Shown: positions 9,880 through 18,306 of the stretch, piece after piece
Numbering within the stretch: the stretch's first letter is position 1
Layout: the number at the start of each line of letters is the position of its first letter
Source of the DNA: an uncultured delta proteobacterium
GTDB lineage: Bacteria > Myxococcota_A > Polyangia > Polyangiales > JAFGIB01
NCBI GenBank assembly: GCA_963778655.1
Contig: CAVZVA010000010.1
Location: 1,576,924 to 1,640,923 of the forward strand
Direction: 5' to 3'
DNA length: 64,000 nt
The notes under the pieces: generated by a model
What the model was told of the DNA's origin: nothing
The model's database searches: none
Seen by the model: only the letters and a program-made list of their open reading frames with translations
Position numbers and translations under genes: made by a program

Positions 9880-10863
9880 GTGCTCACGTGCTCGGTGCGT
9901 TTGCTGATCCCGTTCGCGCGCTTGTTGCGGAGCTATCCGGGCTTTCCGGTGGAGCTGCTGCAGCCGCTGGAGGCGTTCGATCTGGACGATCGGCTGCCGG
10001 TCGCCAGCACTTTCGAGCTGCTCGAGGGCGCGGTCGCGCTGACCTCGGACCCGGATCTCGGGTTGAAGGCCGGGCGCGCGACCTCGCTCTCGGACTATGG
10101 GGAGATCGAGTACCTGGCGCGCTCGGCGCCCACGCTGGGCGACGCGATCGAGGTCGTCGGCCGCTACCTGCGGCTGCTCAACGACGCGCTGGAGTTCGCG
10201 CTGGCGGTGGAGGGCGAACGGGCCCTGCTGCGCCTGCAGAGCCGCGTTCCGCTGTCGCGCGCCGCGGCCGACTTCCAGGCGGCTGCGTTCTTCACCCACG
10301 CCTCGGAGCTGCTCGGCGTCGCCGACGTCGATGTGGAGGTGTGGCTCAGCCATCCGCGCCCCGAGCAGGTCGAGGAGCACGCGCGCACGTTCGGCCCGTG
10401 CAGAGTGCGCTTCGAGGCGCCGTTCGACGGCTTCGTGCTTCCCGCACGCGACCTGGCGCGCCCCCACGTGACCGCCGATCAACCCCTGCACGCGGTGCTG
10501 CGCAAGCACGCCGAGCAGCTGCTCGAGGAGCTCTCGGCGGGCGGAAGCGTGAGCGCCCGGGTGCGCAGCCTGATCGTCACGCAGGTCGAGGGCGGCCACC
10601 CCACCGTGGTCGCGGTTGCGGCCGCGCTCGAGCTGAGCCCGCGCACGCTCGCCCGCGCGCTGGCCCGCGAGGGCACGTCGTTTACGGCGCTGCTGGACGA
10701 CGTGCGCAGGGGCCTGGCGCTGCGCTATGTGGGCGAACGCGACCTGGGCCTGTCGGAGGTGGCGTTCCTGCTCGGGTTCTCGGCCTCGGGCGGCTTTCAC
10801 CGCGCCTTCCGGCGCTGGACCGGGCAGAGCCCGCTCGAATACCGGCGGGCGCGCCGCGGCTGA
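9880..10863 (+). CDS. AraC family transcriptional regulator (N-terminal AraC-binding-like domain plus C-terminal HTH)
   Basis: The C-terminus 'LELSPRTLARALAREGTSFTALLDDVRRGLALRYVGERDLGLSEVAFLLGFSASGGFHRAFRRWTGQSPLEYRR' is a double AraC HTH. Start tentatively GTG 9880. Divergent from the ACAD operon. Paralog of 56821..57831. Confidence 0.8.
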   Translation: MLTCSVRLLIPFARLLRSYPGFPVELLQPLEAFDLDDRLPVASTFELLEGAVALTSDPDLGLKAGRATSLSDYGEIEYLARSAPTLGDAIEVVGRYLRLLNDALEFALAVEGERALLRLQSRVPLSRAAADFQAAAFFTHASELLGVADVDVEVWLSHPRPEQVEEHARTFGPCRVRFEAPFDGFVLPARDLARPHVTADQPLHAVLRKHAEQLLEELSAGGSVSARVRSLIVTQVEGGHPTVVAVAAALELSPRTLARALAREGTSFTALLDDVRRGLALRYVGERDLGLSEVAFLLGFSASGGFHRAFRRWTGQSPLEYRRARRG

Positions 10864-10926
10864 GCGCCGCAGCCCCACCGTCACCGGCGGGCTGCGGCTG
10901 CGTACAGGTACGGGCTTACCCTGCGG

Positions 10927-12222
10927 CTACGGGCAGGTGGCGCCGACGGTTTCGGCGTCCAGGATGCACATCTCGCCCGTGTACGTGTTGTTGGTGAAGA
11001 GCAGCGTGCCGGTCGTCTGGTTGATGACGTGGCACTCCCACTTGAACTGGTCGCCCGGCATCATGTCGAGGATGCCGCTCCAGCCGCCTTCGACGCCGGG
11101 ACCGGTGTCGGCCACGGGGTTGGTGACCGTGCTCGAGTAGTCCAGCACCAGCGGCTCTTCGAAGTTGTAGCCCTGGTAGATCAGATCCTGCTTGCCGCCG
11201 CGGATGCGCCAGGCGGAGAAGCGCACGTTGTTGGCGTGGCGGTGGCCGTACATCCAAAGCATGCGGCCGGTGCCGCTGACCGTGCAGCTTCCGCCGTAGG
11301 TGACGTCGGCGCCGGGCAGGATCGGGTTCTGCGGCGCGATGTCGAAGATCTCCTTGACCGGCTCCTTCACCGTCGACGGGTCGACGTACCAGAAGTTGAC
11401 CCACACCTCACGCAGCTCGGTCTTCTGGGTGGTGTTGATCGAGTGCAGGCTCACGTTGATCGGGCTGTGCGCGGGCAGCGAGACGCCCACGTCCATGTTC
11501 TCCGGCGCGACGATGCCACCCTCGGGGTAGTCCTCCGAAAGGAGGTTGGAGGTGCCGATACGCTGGCCCAGGCCGGTGTCGCCACCGCTGCCGCTGGTGA
11601 TGATGTTGTGGTGCGCACCCGGCCGCTGGCGGAACTGGCGATAGTAGAAGTAGACCTGCTGGTCGTTGCCCGAGGTCGCCGGGAAGTCGTTGGTGGTCTC
11701 TTGGCTCGGCGCCAGCAGATACTGCGGCTCGGGATTGTCGTAGTTGCTCGGGCCGATGTGCAGCTGGAAGCCCTTGTCGGGCGGGGGCGGAAGGATGCAG
11801 TACTCGTCACCGGCGTACTGGGTGTGCAGCCCGCACTCGTCCATCGCCGGCGCGCTTCCGGGTGTGGGTGGCGCGGTGGTGCCACCGCCCATCATCGCGG
11901 GCGTGTTCATCGTGGGAGCGCCGCCGCCAGCGGGCACCATATCCGCTGCGCCGCTGCCCGCCGCGCCGCCCGCCGTGGGCGGGGGTGTGAGTCCCGGGTT
12001 GGTCGCCGTGCCGGTGGGCTGCGCCGGGTTGGTCGCCCCAACGGGTGCAGTCGCCGCAGGGGCTGTCCCCACGCCCGGCGTCTGCGGCGGTTGCACCGTC
12101 ACACCACTGCCAGGGAGACCGGTTGTACCGCCGTTGTTGTTATTGTCGCTGGCCCCGCAGCCGACGATGCCGACCGCGCCGATCGCACCAGCAGCCAGAT
12201 ACACGCCGAGTTGACGCTTCAT
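10927..12222 (-). CDS. lipoprotein with PHM/DBH-like (copper type II, ascorbate-dependent monooxygenase) fold
   Basis: ATG 12222 follows GGAGGTGGA. Lipobox 'AIGAVGIVGC'. Ligand pattern HH ('GAHHNII') ... H ('SLHSIN') ... HxH ('MYGHRHANNVRFSAWRIRGGKQ', compare PHM 'HTHHLGKVVSGYRVRNGQ') ... M ('YTGEMCIL', compare the PHM/DBH 'DEMC' motif), with PHM-like spacing. Confidence 0.55.
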   Translation of the reverse strand: MKRQLGVYLAAGAIGAVGIVGCGASDNNNNGGTTGLPGSGVTVQPPQTPGVGTAPAATAPVGATNPAQPTGTATNPGLTPPPTAGGAAGSGAADMVPAGGGAPTMNTPAMMGGGTTAPPTPGSAPAMDECGLHTQYAGDEYCILPPPPDKGFQLHIGPSNYDNPEPQYLLAPSQETTNDFPATSGNDQQVYFYYRQFRQRPGAHHNIITSGSGGDTGLGQRIGTSNLLSEDYPEGGIVAPENMDVGVSLPAHSPINVSLHSINTTQKTELREVWVNFWYVDPSTVKEPVKEIFDIAPQNPILPGADVTYGGSCTVSGTGRMLWMYGHRHANNVRFSAWRIRGGKQDLIYQGYNFEEPLVLDYSSTVTNPVADTGPGVEGGWSGILDMMPGDQFKWECHVINQTTGTLLFTNNTYTGEMCILDAETVGATCP

Positions 12223-12507
12223 AGTTCCACCTCCACACCGCACCAAACCGTGCCCAGCTGGATGCCTCCTTGGAGTCAAGCCAGCTTCTTTATACCCTTA
12301 CATACCAGGTTAAGCACTTCGGCAAAGTATCCGGCGCGGTCAAAATTGCGAGTCCCAGCTCCGTTTGGGTCCGCTCCCATTGCAGCTGCGTCTGGTGGAG
12401 CATGTCCCGATTGAGGGATAGTCGTCGTCCCCCCAACCTCGGGTGCTCCGGCTTGCCCCTCACCCGTTCTGCCCGCTGGTGTACGCTTTGCCCGGCGAGG
12501 GTTTGCG

Positions 12508-12852
12508 ATGACTGCGCACAGCATTCCGATCCTGACCACGTTCGAGGCGCCGCCCGGCTCCGAGGTCGCGCGCGTGCTGGGCCCGTGCTGGGGCATCACC
12601 GTGCGCTCGCGCAGCGTGGTCGGCACCGCCTGTGCCGGCTGCCAGCAGGTATTCGGCGGCGAGATCTCCGCGCTGACCGCGCTGGCGACCGAATCGCGCA
12701 GCGAGGCCATGAACCGGTTGGAACGCCACGCGATCGGCATGGGCGCCAACGCCGTGCTCGGCATGCGCTTCGACTCGGGCGAGCTGATGCAGAACACCAA
12801 CGAGATCGTCGCCTACGGTACGGCCGTCGTGCTGACTGCCGCGCGCGGCTGA
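12508..12852 (+). CDS. YbjQ/UPF0145 (heavy-metal-binding domain) family protein
   Basis: 114 aa. 'VARVLGPCWGITVRSRS...FGGEISALTALATESRSEAMNRLERHAIGMGANAVLGMRFD...IVAYGTAVVL' matches the YbjQ family pattern. Confidence 0.75.
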   Translation: MTAHSIPILTTFEAPPGSEVARVLGPCWGITVRSRSVVGTACAGCQQVFGGEISALTALATESRSEAMNRLERHAIGMGANAVLGMRFDSGELMQNTNEIVAYGTAVVLTAARG

Positions 12853-12853
12853 G

Positions 12854-13471
12854 ATGAGCCGTCTGCCGCCAGCGCTCGCCCGGCGCATCGATCGCCTGGC
12901 GCGCCGCGCGCACCGCTTCCATCGCTTCGCGCACCATCCGTTGTGCACGGCTTACGCGGGCGAGCTCGTGCCGCTCGGCGGGCGCGGCCGGCTCTGCCGC
13001 GGCTGTACGCTGGCGGCTGCAGGCGTGCTGCTCGGCAGCGCGCTCGCGCTCTACGTGCCGTGGGCGTGGGCGCTCGGCAGCGCGCAGTGGGCCGCGCTGG
13101 CGGGCGGGATTGCGGCGTGGGCGGCGGCCCTCGTGTTGCACGCGCTCGCCGCCGGGCGCGGCTCGCCGCCGGGCGCCCCGCGCCAGAGCAAGCTGCTGAC
13201 GCGCTTCGTACCGGCGTTCGCGCTTGCGTTCGGCGCCGTGCTCGGCGCGCGTGCCCGCTGGCCGGGCGGAATGCTGCTGGCCGCCGGGTGCACGCTCGGG
13301 GCGGCTTGCGCGCTCGCGCTGTACAGGCGGCGCGGCCCCGACCGCGCTCCATGCATGCGCTGCCCCGAGCGCTCGGCTGCCGTCTGCAGCGGTTTCTTGC
13401 CGATCGTACGGCGCGAGCGCGCCTTCCGCCGACTCGCGCGTCGCCTGATCGCGTCTGCGCCGCCGATGTAG
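12854..13471 (+). CDS. hypothetical membrane protein with CxxC-type motifs
   Basis: 205-aa ORF starting 1 nt after the YbjQ stop. It has 4-5 hydrophobic helices and the Cys motifs 'HHPLCTAY...LCRGCTL' and 'APCMRCPERSAAVCSGF'. No family recognised. Confidence 0.45.
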   Translation: MSRLPPALARRIDRLARRAHRFHRFAHHPLCTAYAGELVPLGGRGRLCRGCTLAAAGVLLGSALALYVPWAWALGSAQWAALAGGIAAWAAALVLHALAAGRGSPPGAPRQSKLLTRFVPAFALAFGAVLGARARWPGGMLLAAGCTLGAACALALYRRRGPDRAPCMRCPERSAAVCSGFLPIVRRERAFRRLARRLIASAPPM

Positions 13472-13622
13472 CGGCCCTGTCGCTGTCCGTTGCCATTGCG
13501 GCTCACCTGCGTCTTGCAGCTCGACCGTCGATAAGAGCCGTCTGCGCAGCATCGGGCACAGCTGGCGCGCGTGCGAAAAGGGCCCGCAGCGGGGTATTGG
13601 GAACCGCCGATCGCGACTTCAC

Positions 13623-14312
13623 TCACCGCGCGCGCCTGCGCTGCAAGAGCGCGAACGCCACCCAGCAGGCAAGCGCCCAGGCCAGACCTGCCATCCAACC
13701 GGCGAGCACGTCGGTGGGGTAGTGCACGCCGAGCAATATGCGGGACAACCCGACCAGGCCGGCGAGCGTGAGCGCGACCGAGAGCACGTACAGCTTGGCG
13801 GCGCGTCGTTCGATGGTGGCCGCGAGCAGCGCCCCGAGCGTCAGGTACACGACGACCGAAGAAAGTGCATGACCGCTCGGGAAGCTCCAGCTCTGCTCCG
13901 GCACCAGCGGCACGACCACGCTGGGGCGCTGGCGCATGAACACCCCTTTGAGCAACTGTGACAGCAGCGCACCGCCGGAAGTTGCAAGCAACACGTACAG
14001 CGCGACAAGGGGCCGGCGCATGACCAGCAGGAAGCCCAGCGTGCAGCCGAGCACCACGACCAGCACCGGAACGCCGCCGAGGGCGGTGAGGTTGAATGCG
14101 ATCTCGGCCGCCAGGGACCGCGGCGATTGCACCAGGTGCGCGCGCACCGCCCGCAGGGCCCAACGGTCGAAGGCGCCGAGGTCGCCTTCTGCGACTTCGT
14201 CCGCCAGGGCGATGAATCCGAGGGCCGCCGCGACGGCCACCAACATCGCGCACAGGAGCAGCGCCTCGGAACGTTCGAGCCACTGGGGCAGCGTCGGGCG
14301 GCGGCGTCTCAT
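13623..14312 (-). CDS. PAP2 family phosphatase (phosphatidic acid phosphatase type 2 / undecaprenyl-diphosphatase-like)
   Basis: All three PAP2 motifs are present: 'KGVFMRQRP', 'SFPSGHA', 'SRILLGVHYPTDVLAG'. Multiple TM helices. Confidence 0.8.
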   Translation of the reverse strand: MRRRRPTLPQWLERSEALLLCAMLVAVAAALGFIALADEVAEGDLGAFDRWALRAVRAHLVQSPRSLAAEIAFNLTALGGVPVLVVVLGCTLGFLLVMRRPLVALYVLLATSGGALLSQLLKGVFMRQRPSVVVPLVPEQSWSFPSGHALSSVVVYLTLGALLAATIERRAAKLYVLSVALTLAGLVGLSRILLGVHYPTDVLAGWMAGLAWALACWVAFALLQRRRAR

Positions 14313-14608
14313 GCTCGACGACCTGGCGCTATGTGAGCTCCCGCGTCAAGTCCTGGCCCACCAGCCGGAAACCTGTGCGCGGCCTGGTGGGTGCCGCGGG
14401 CGATCACCACTGCGTGCGCATCAGTTGCAGAATGTCGCCGCGGCAGCGCCGCAACCGCCGCAGAGGATCAATCCGGCGATAGCTCATTCTTCCATGGACG
14501 CAAATAATCCTGCAGCCCGCGCTGTTGTCTGACCACAGGGCCAGGTCGCGCGTTCCGGCGGGCAAGTCGACGCTTGCCAAGCTCTCCCCCTGTCCAGAGA
14601 GGGTTCGA

Positions 14609-15058
14609 ATGAAAGCGCACACGGATCGGATATTCAACTCACTGCACACCGGCTGGCTGCTGCTCGGCCTCGGGACTGCGAGCGGCTGCGGCATGTACTC
14701 CGCTGCGCCGAAGACCGTGTGGCTCAGCAACGCCCTGAACGTGCCGGCCGCGTCGGGCAAGGTGGAGCTGACGCATCTGGATCAGGGTAAGATGCGGCTC
14801 GCGATCCATGTCGACTACCTCGCACCGCCTGACGAGATCGCGAGGGGAGCGACCACCTATGTGGCCTGGGCGCAGCCCGAGGCGGGCGGGGCGCCGCAGA
14901 AGCTCGGCGCGCTCGCGATCGACGAGCACCACAGCGCCAGGTTGGTGACGAAGACCGCCGACCGTGCGGAGAAGATCACGTTGACTCCCGAGCCGGGAGC
15001 CGGCGTGACGCAGCCGAGCCATGCCCCCGTGCTGTGGGCGACGCTCGGCCGCGGATGA
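14609..15058 (+). CDS. hypothetical lipoprotein
   Basis: Internal ATG 14609 gives 'MKAHTDRIFNSLHTGWLLLGLGTASGC' (signal plus lipobox). No family recognised. Confidence 0.5.
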   Translation: MKAHTDRIFNSLHTGWLLLGLGTASGCGMYSAAPKTVWLSNALNVPAASGKVELTHLDQGKMRLAIHVDYLAPPDEIARGATTYVAWAQPEAGGAPQKLGALAIDEHHSARLVTKTADRAEKITLTPEPGAGVTQPSHAPVLWATLGRG

Positions 15059-15251
15059 TCGCTCGCCCGCGGGGCGGGGCGGGGCGGCACCACCTCGACA
15101 TCCTCGCCTGCGGAGACGATTCCCGGGCGCACACGTGCCCCCGCCGCAGACACGCCGGGGCGCGCTTGGCACGCGTGCGCCAGAGCAGTCTCGAGCGCGT
15201 CCTGTTGGTTTCGTGGTCGCGCGGGGTCGGGTGGCGCGCGTCCGGGGCGCC

Positions 15252-17108
15252 TCACGCAGGCGGCGCCTGCGGTCCTTCGCCTCGCACCAGCGTGTGCGCA
15301 TAGGCCAGCGCGGCGTGGGTGGAGGCGAGCAGCTCGCGCTGTGCGGGATAGAGCGCGTCCTGGCCCAGCACATCGAGCAGCCCGGCGCGCTCGAAGGTGC
15401 CGTACATGCCCGGGCGCACCCCGCACAGCAGCAGGCGGCCGCCGTGCTTGCGCGCTTGCTGGGCGACGTAACCGAGCGCCGCGGCGGTGGTGGCGTCCAT
15501 GTTGTAGGCCTCCTGCACCCGCAGCACCAGCACGCGCGCGCCGCCGTCGAGCAGCCGCACCAGCTCGGCCTGCAGCTCCTCGGCGGCGGCGAAGAACAGC
15601 TCGCCCTGCAGGTTGAGCACGCGGATCTCGCCGCCGTTGCCGGGGTCGAGATTCTCGGCCTCGACCAGCCCGCCGTCTTGACCTTCCACCATCACGCGCA
15701 GCTTGAAGCCCTCGGCGCGCCGCAGTGCATAGTAGATCGAGACCGCGATGCCGAGAAATACCGCGTTCTCCAGGTGCTCGGTCAACAGCACGCCCCCGAA
15801 GGTCGTGAGCAATACCACGCGGTCGGCGTTGGTGGTCACGAAGAGGCCGCGCAGGCGCGCCACGTCGACCAGCTTGACGCCCACGTGAACCAGCGTGCCG
15901 GCCAGGGCGGCGATCGGAATCAGGTTGGCCTGCGGCGCGAACGCCACTACGATCAGCAGCGTCAGCACCCCGGACAAGATGCAGGAGACACGCGTGAGCG
16001 CGCCGGCCTCGACGTTGACCGCGGTGCGGCTGAACGAGCCCGACGAGGCAAAGCCGCCGACCAGCCCTGCGCCGAGGTTGCAGAAGGCTTCGCCGAGCAG
16101 CTGGCGGTTGGCGTCGAAACGGTGACCGGCACGCAACGCGAGCGTCTTGCCGATCGCGATCGCCTCGACCGCGCTCATCAGGCCGATGGCCAGCGCCGGG
16201 CTCCACAACTTGCGCAGCGCGCGGACTTCGAAACGCGGCAGCTGCAAGTGGATCAGGTCGCGGGTGAGCGGCTCGATGTCGCGCACCACCTGGACACGGT
16301 GCGGCGACCCGGGCGCCGCCAGGTCGAAGATCCACACCAGCAACGTGGTGAGCACGATCGCGGCCAGCGAGGCCGGCAGGCGCCGGCCCACCCGACGCTC
16401 GATCCGCTGCAGCAGCCGCACCACGGCGAAGGTCAGCAGCGCGAGGCCGAAGGTGGTGAGTTGCACCCCGTGCAGCGACCGCAGCACCCGCAGCAGGTCG
16501 AAGGCCGCACAGCGGATCGGCGTGTAGCCCCACAGATCCCGGGCGATCGCCGACCTGTCGATGCCCAGGAACGCCGGCAGCTGGTTGATCACGATGTAGA
16601 CGCCCGCGCCGGCGGTGAAGCCAGTCAGCACGGGCTCGCTGACGAAGCGCGTGAGCGCGCCGACGCGCAGCAGCCCCGCGCACAGCTGCACGGCGGCCAC
16701 CAAGAAGGTGAGCAGCACGACGGCTTGCAGCGGGTCACCGTGCGCGGCTAGCAACGCGCCGTTGCCCGCCAGCATCACGCAGATCGCGTTGGTGGGGCCG
16801 TTGATCAGGAACTCCGAGCTGCCGAAGGCGGCGCCCAGGATCGAGGCCGCCACCGCGGTCGCGATGCCCGCGGAAGGCGGGAAGCCCGCGATCAGCGCGT
16901 ATGCCATCGCCTGCGGCACGGTGAACAGCGCGGTGGTCAGCCCCGCGACCAGGTCGGGCCGCAGCTGGCTCGCGCGGTAGCGGCGCAGCGTGGGCAGAAA
17001 CGGCAACAGGCGGTCGGCTGCAGGCGCGGGCTGCGGGCGCGGAATCCCGCTCAGCGGCGAGGGCAGCACCGATTGCATTCCAGGGCGGTCGTCGGGTGGT
17101 TGGCTCAT
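15252..17108 (-). CDS. SulP family anion (sulfate/bicarbonate) transporter with C-terminal STAS domain
   Basis: About 618 aa. 'LVAGLTTALFTVPQAMAYALIAGFPPSAGI' is a SulP signature. The C-terminus 'IRVLNLQGELFFAAAEELQAEL...VLVLRVQEAYNMDATTAAAL' is STAS. Start placed at ATG 17108 ('MSQPPDD'). Confidence 0.85.
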   Translation of the reverse strand: MSQPPDDRPGMQSVLPSPLSGIPRPQPAPAADRLLPFLPTLRRYRASQLRPDLVAGLTTALFTVPQAMAYALIAGFPPSAGIATAVAASILGAAFGSSEFLINGPTNAICVMLAGNGALLAAHGDPLQAVVLLTFLVAAVQLCAGLLRVGALTRFVSEPVLTGFTAGAGVYIVINQLPAFLGIDRSAIARDLWGYTPIRCAAFDLLRVLRSLHGVQLTTFGLALLTFAVVRLLQRIERRVGRRLPASLAAIVLTTLLVWIFDLAAPGSPHRVQVVRDIEPLTRDLIHLQLPRFEVRALRKLWSPALAIGLMSAVEAIAIGKTLALRAGHRFDANRQLLGEAFCNLGAGLVGGFASSGSFSRTAVNVEAGALTRVSCILSGVLTLLIVVAFAPQANLIPIAALAGTLVHVGVKLVDVARLRGLFVTTNADRVVLLTTFGGVLLTEHLENAVFLGIAVSIYYALRRAEGFKLRVMVEGQDGGLVEAENLDPGNGGEIRVLNLQGELFFAAAEELQAELVRLLDGGARVLVLRVQEAYNMDATTAAALGYVAQQARKHGGRLLLCGVRPGMYGTFERAGLLDVLGQDALYPAQRELLASTHAALAYAHTLVRGEGPQAPPA

Positions 17109-17180
17109 CTCGGGGCAGCCCGCGCGCGGCGGCACAATCTACCCCAGGCGGAGCCCCGAGCGCACCTCGACGCCGCGATG

Positions 17181-18299
17181 CTAGCGAGCTCGCGGGGTGG
17201 CGGCCGCGGTCGCACCGCCGTCGCGCCGGCCGGGTGTGAACACGTACAGCACGCTCGGCTCGGTGGCGCGCACGCGCAACGCGTTGTCCGGCGGCACCAA
17301 GACCAGCATCCGGCTGTGCAAGGGCGTGTCGGTGGGCGAGAGCAGCCGGGCCGTGCCCTGGGCAACGTACACCACACGCGGCGTGTCCACGCCAGCGAGA
17401 TCAGCCTCGCCGCGCAGCAGCCACGCCGCCATCTTGCCGTCCATGATGGGCAGCGTGTCCAGTCGCGACATCTCGTCCTGCCCGAGCCGCTTCAGCAAGG
17501 CCGCCGGCTCGTAGAACCCGGGCGCGGCTCCCCGCTGCAGGCGAGGATCGTCCTGCTCGACGTACAGGTTCCCGGCGAAAGGCGGCGAGGCGAACACCAG
17601 GTTGGCCTGCATGTGCGCCTGGTCGTGATTGATCCACTTGTGGCCGCACAATGGCGGCGAGGCGATCAGGCTGCCCGGCTCGGGCGTGCGGCGCACGCGC
17701 TGCGTGGCGGCGCCGGGTGCGCCGTAGATCTGCAACACCTCGGGCGCTCCGGACAGGATCACGGTGGCTTCGTAGGCCGTTCGATGGATGTGCAGCGGGC
17801 AAGTCTGGCCAAACCCGAGCGCGTGCATGTGAACGGTGCCGTCGCGGCTTCCGAAATACGTCTCGGATGCGTCCGCCTGATCGTGGAAGTGCTGGCTCAG
17901 CAGCGCGAAGCGCGCGGCCAGGTCGATGACCTGCACCGGGGGCTTCGGCTTCGGCGCTGGCGGGCCAGCGACGCGACTCGTCTTGGTCGGCACGCTCGGG
18001 CTGGCCGCACCCGCGCCCGCGTGCTGCAGCGCGAAGCTCAGGCCGCCGATCACCAGCAGCAGGCCGATCGTCACCACCCGGTAGAACAGCAGGGTGCGGC
18101 GGGTGGGCGGCGCTGCGGCGGCGGAGGGCGGGGGGCGTGGCGGAGTGCCGCTGGTCAAGCTCCGATCTTCTCGCGCCCGAGCCGCGCGGGTCAAGACCGC
18201 GCGCTCGCTGGCGCTCGGCTTGCGCTGCTTGCGCGGCGGACGTCGTTCCGGGCGCGGGGCGAAGCCGCGGCGCAATTCGCGGCGCGAAGGGTATAGCAT
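17181..18299 (-). CDS. membrane-anchored cupin-domain protein
   Basis: Arg/Pro-rich N-terminus, one TM ('LLFYRVVTIGLLLVIGGLSFAL'), then a cupin-like core 'GFGQTCPLHIHRTAYEATVILSG...GHKWINHDQ'. The start is uncertain. Confidence 0.5.
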   Translation of the reverse strand: MLYPSRRELRRGFAPRPERRPPRKQRKPSASERAVLTRAARAREDRSLTSGTPPRPPPSAAAAPPTRRTLLFYRVVTIGLLLVIGGLSFALQHAGAGAASPSVPTKTSRVAGPPAPKPKPPVQVIDLAARFALLSQHFHDQADASETYFGSRDGTVHMHALGFGQTCPLHIHRTAYEATVILSGAPEVLQIYGAPGAATQRVRRTPEPGSLIASPPLCGHKWINHDQAHMQANLVFASPPFAGNLYVEQDDPRLQRGAAPGFYEPAALLKRLGQDEMSRLDTLPIMDGKMAAWLLRGEADLAGVDTPRVVYVAQGTARLLSPTDTPLHSRMLVLVPPDNALRVRATEPSVLYVFTPGRRDGGATAAATPRAR

Positions 18300-18306
18300 T
18301 TGCAGC

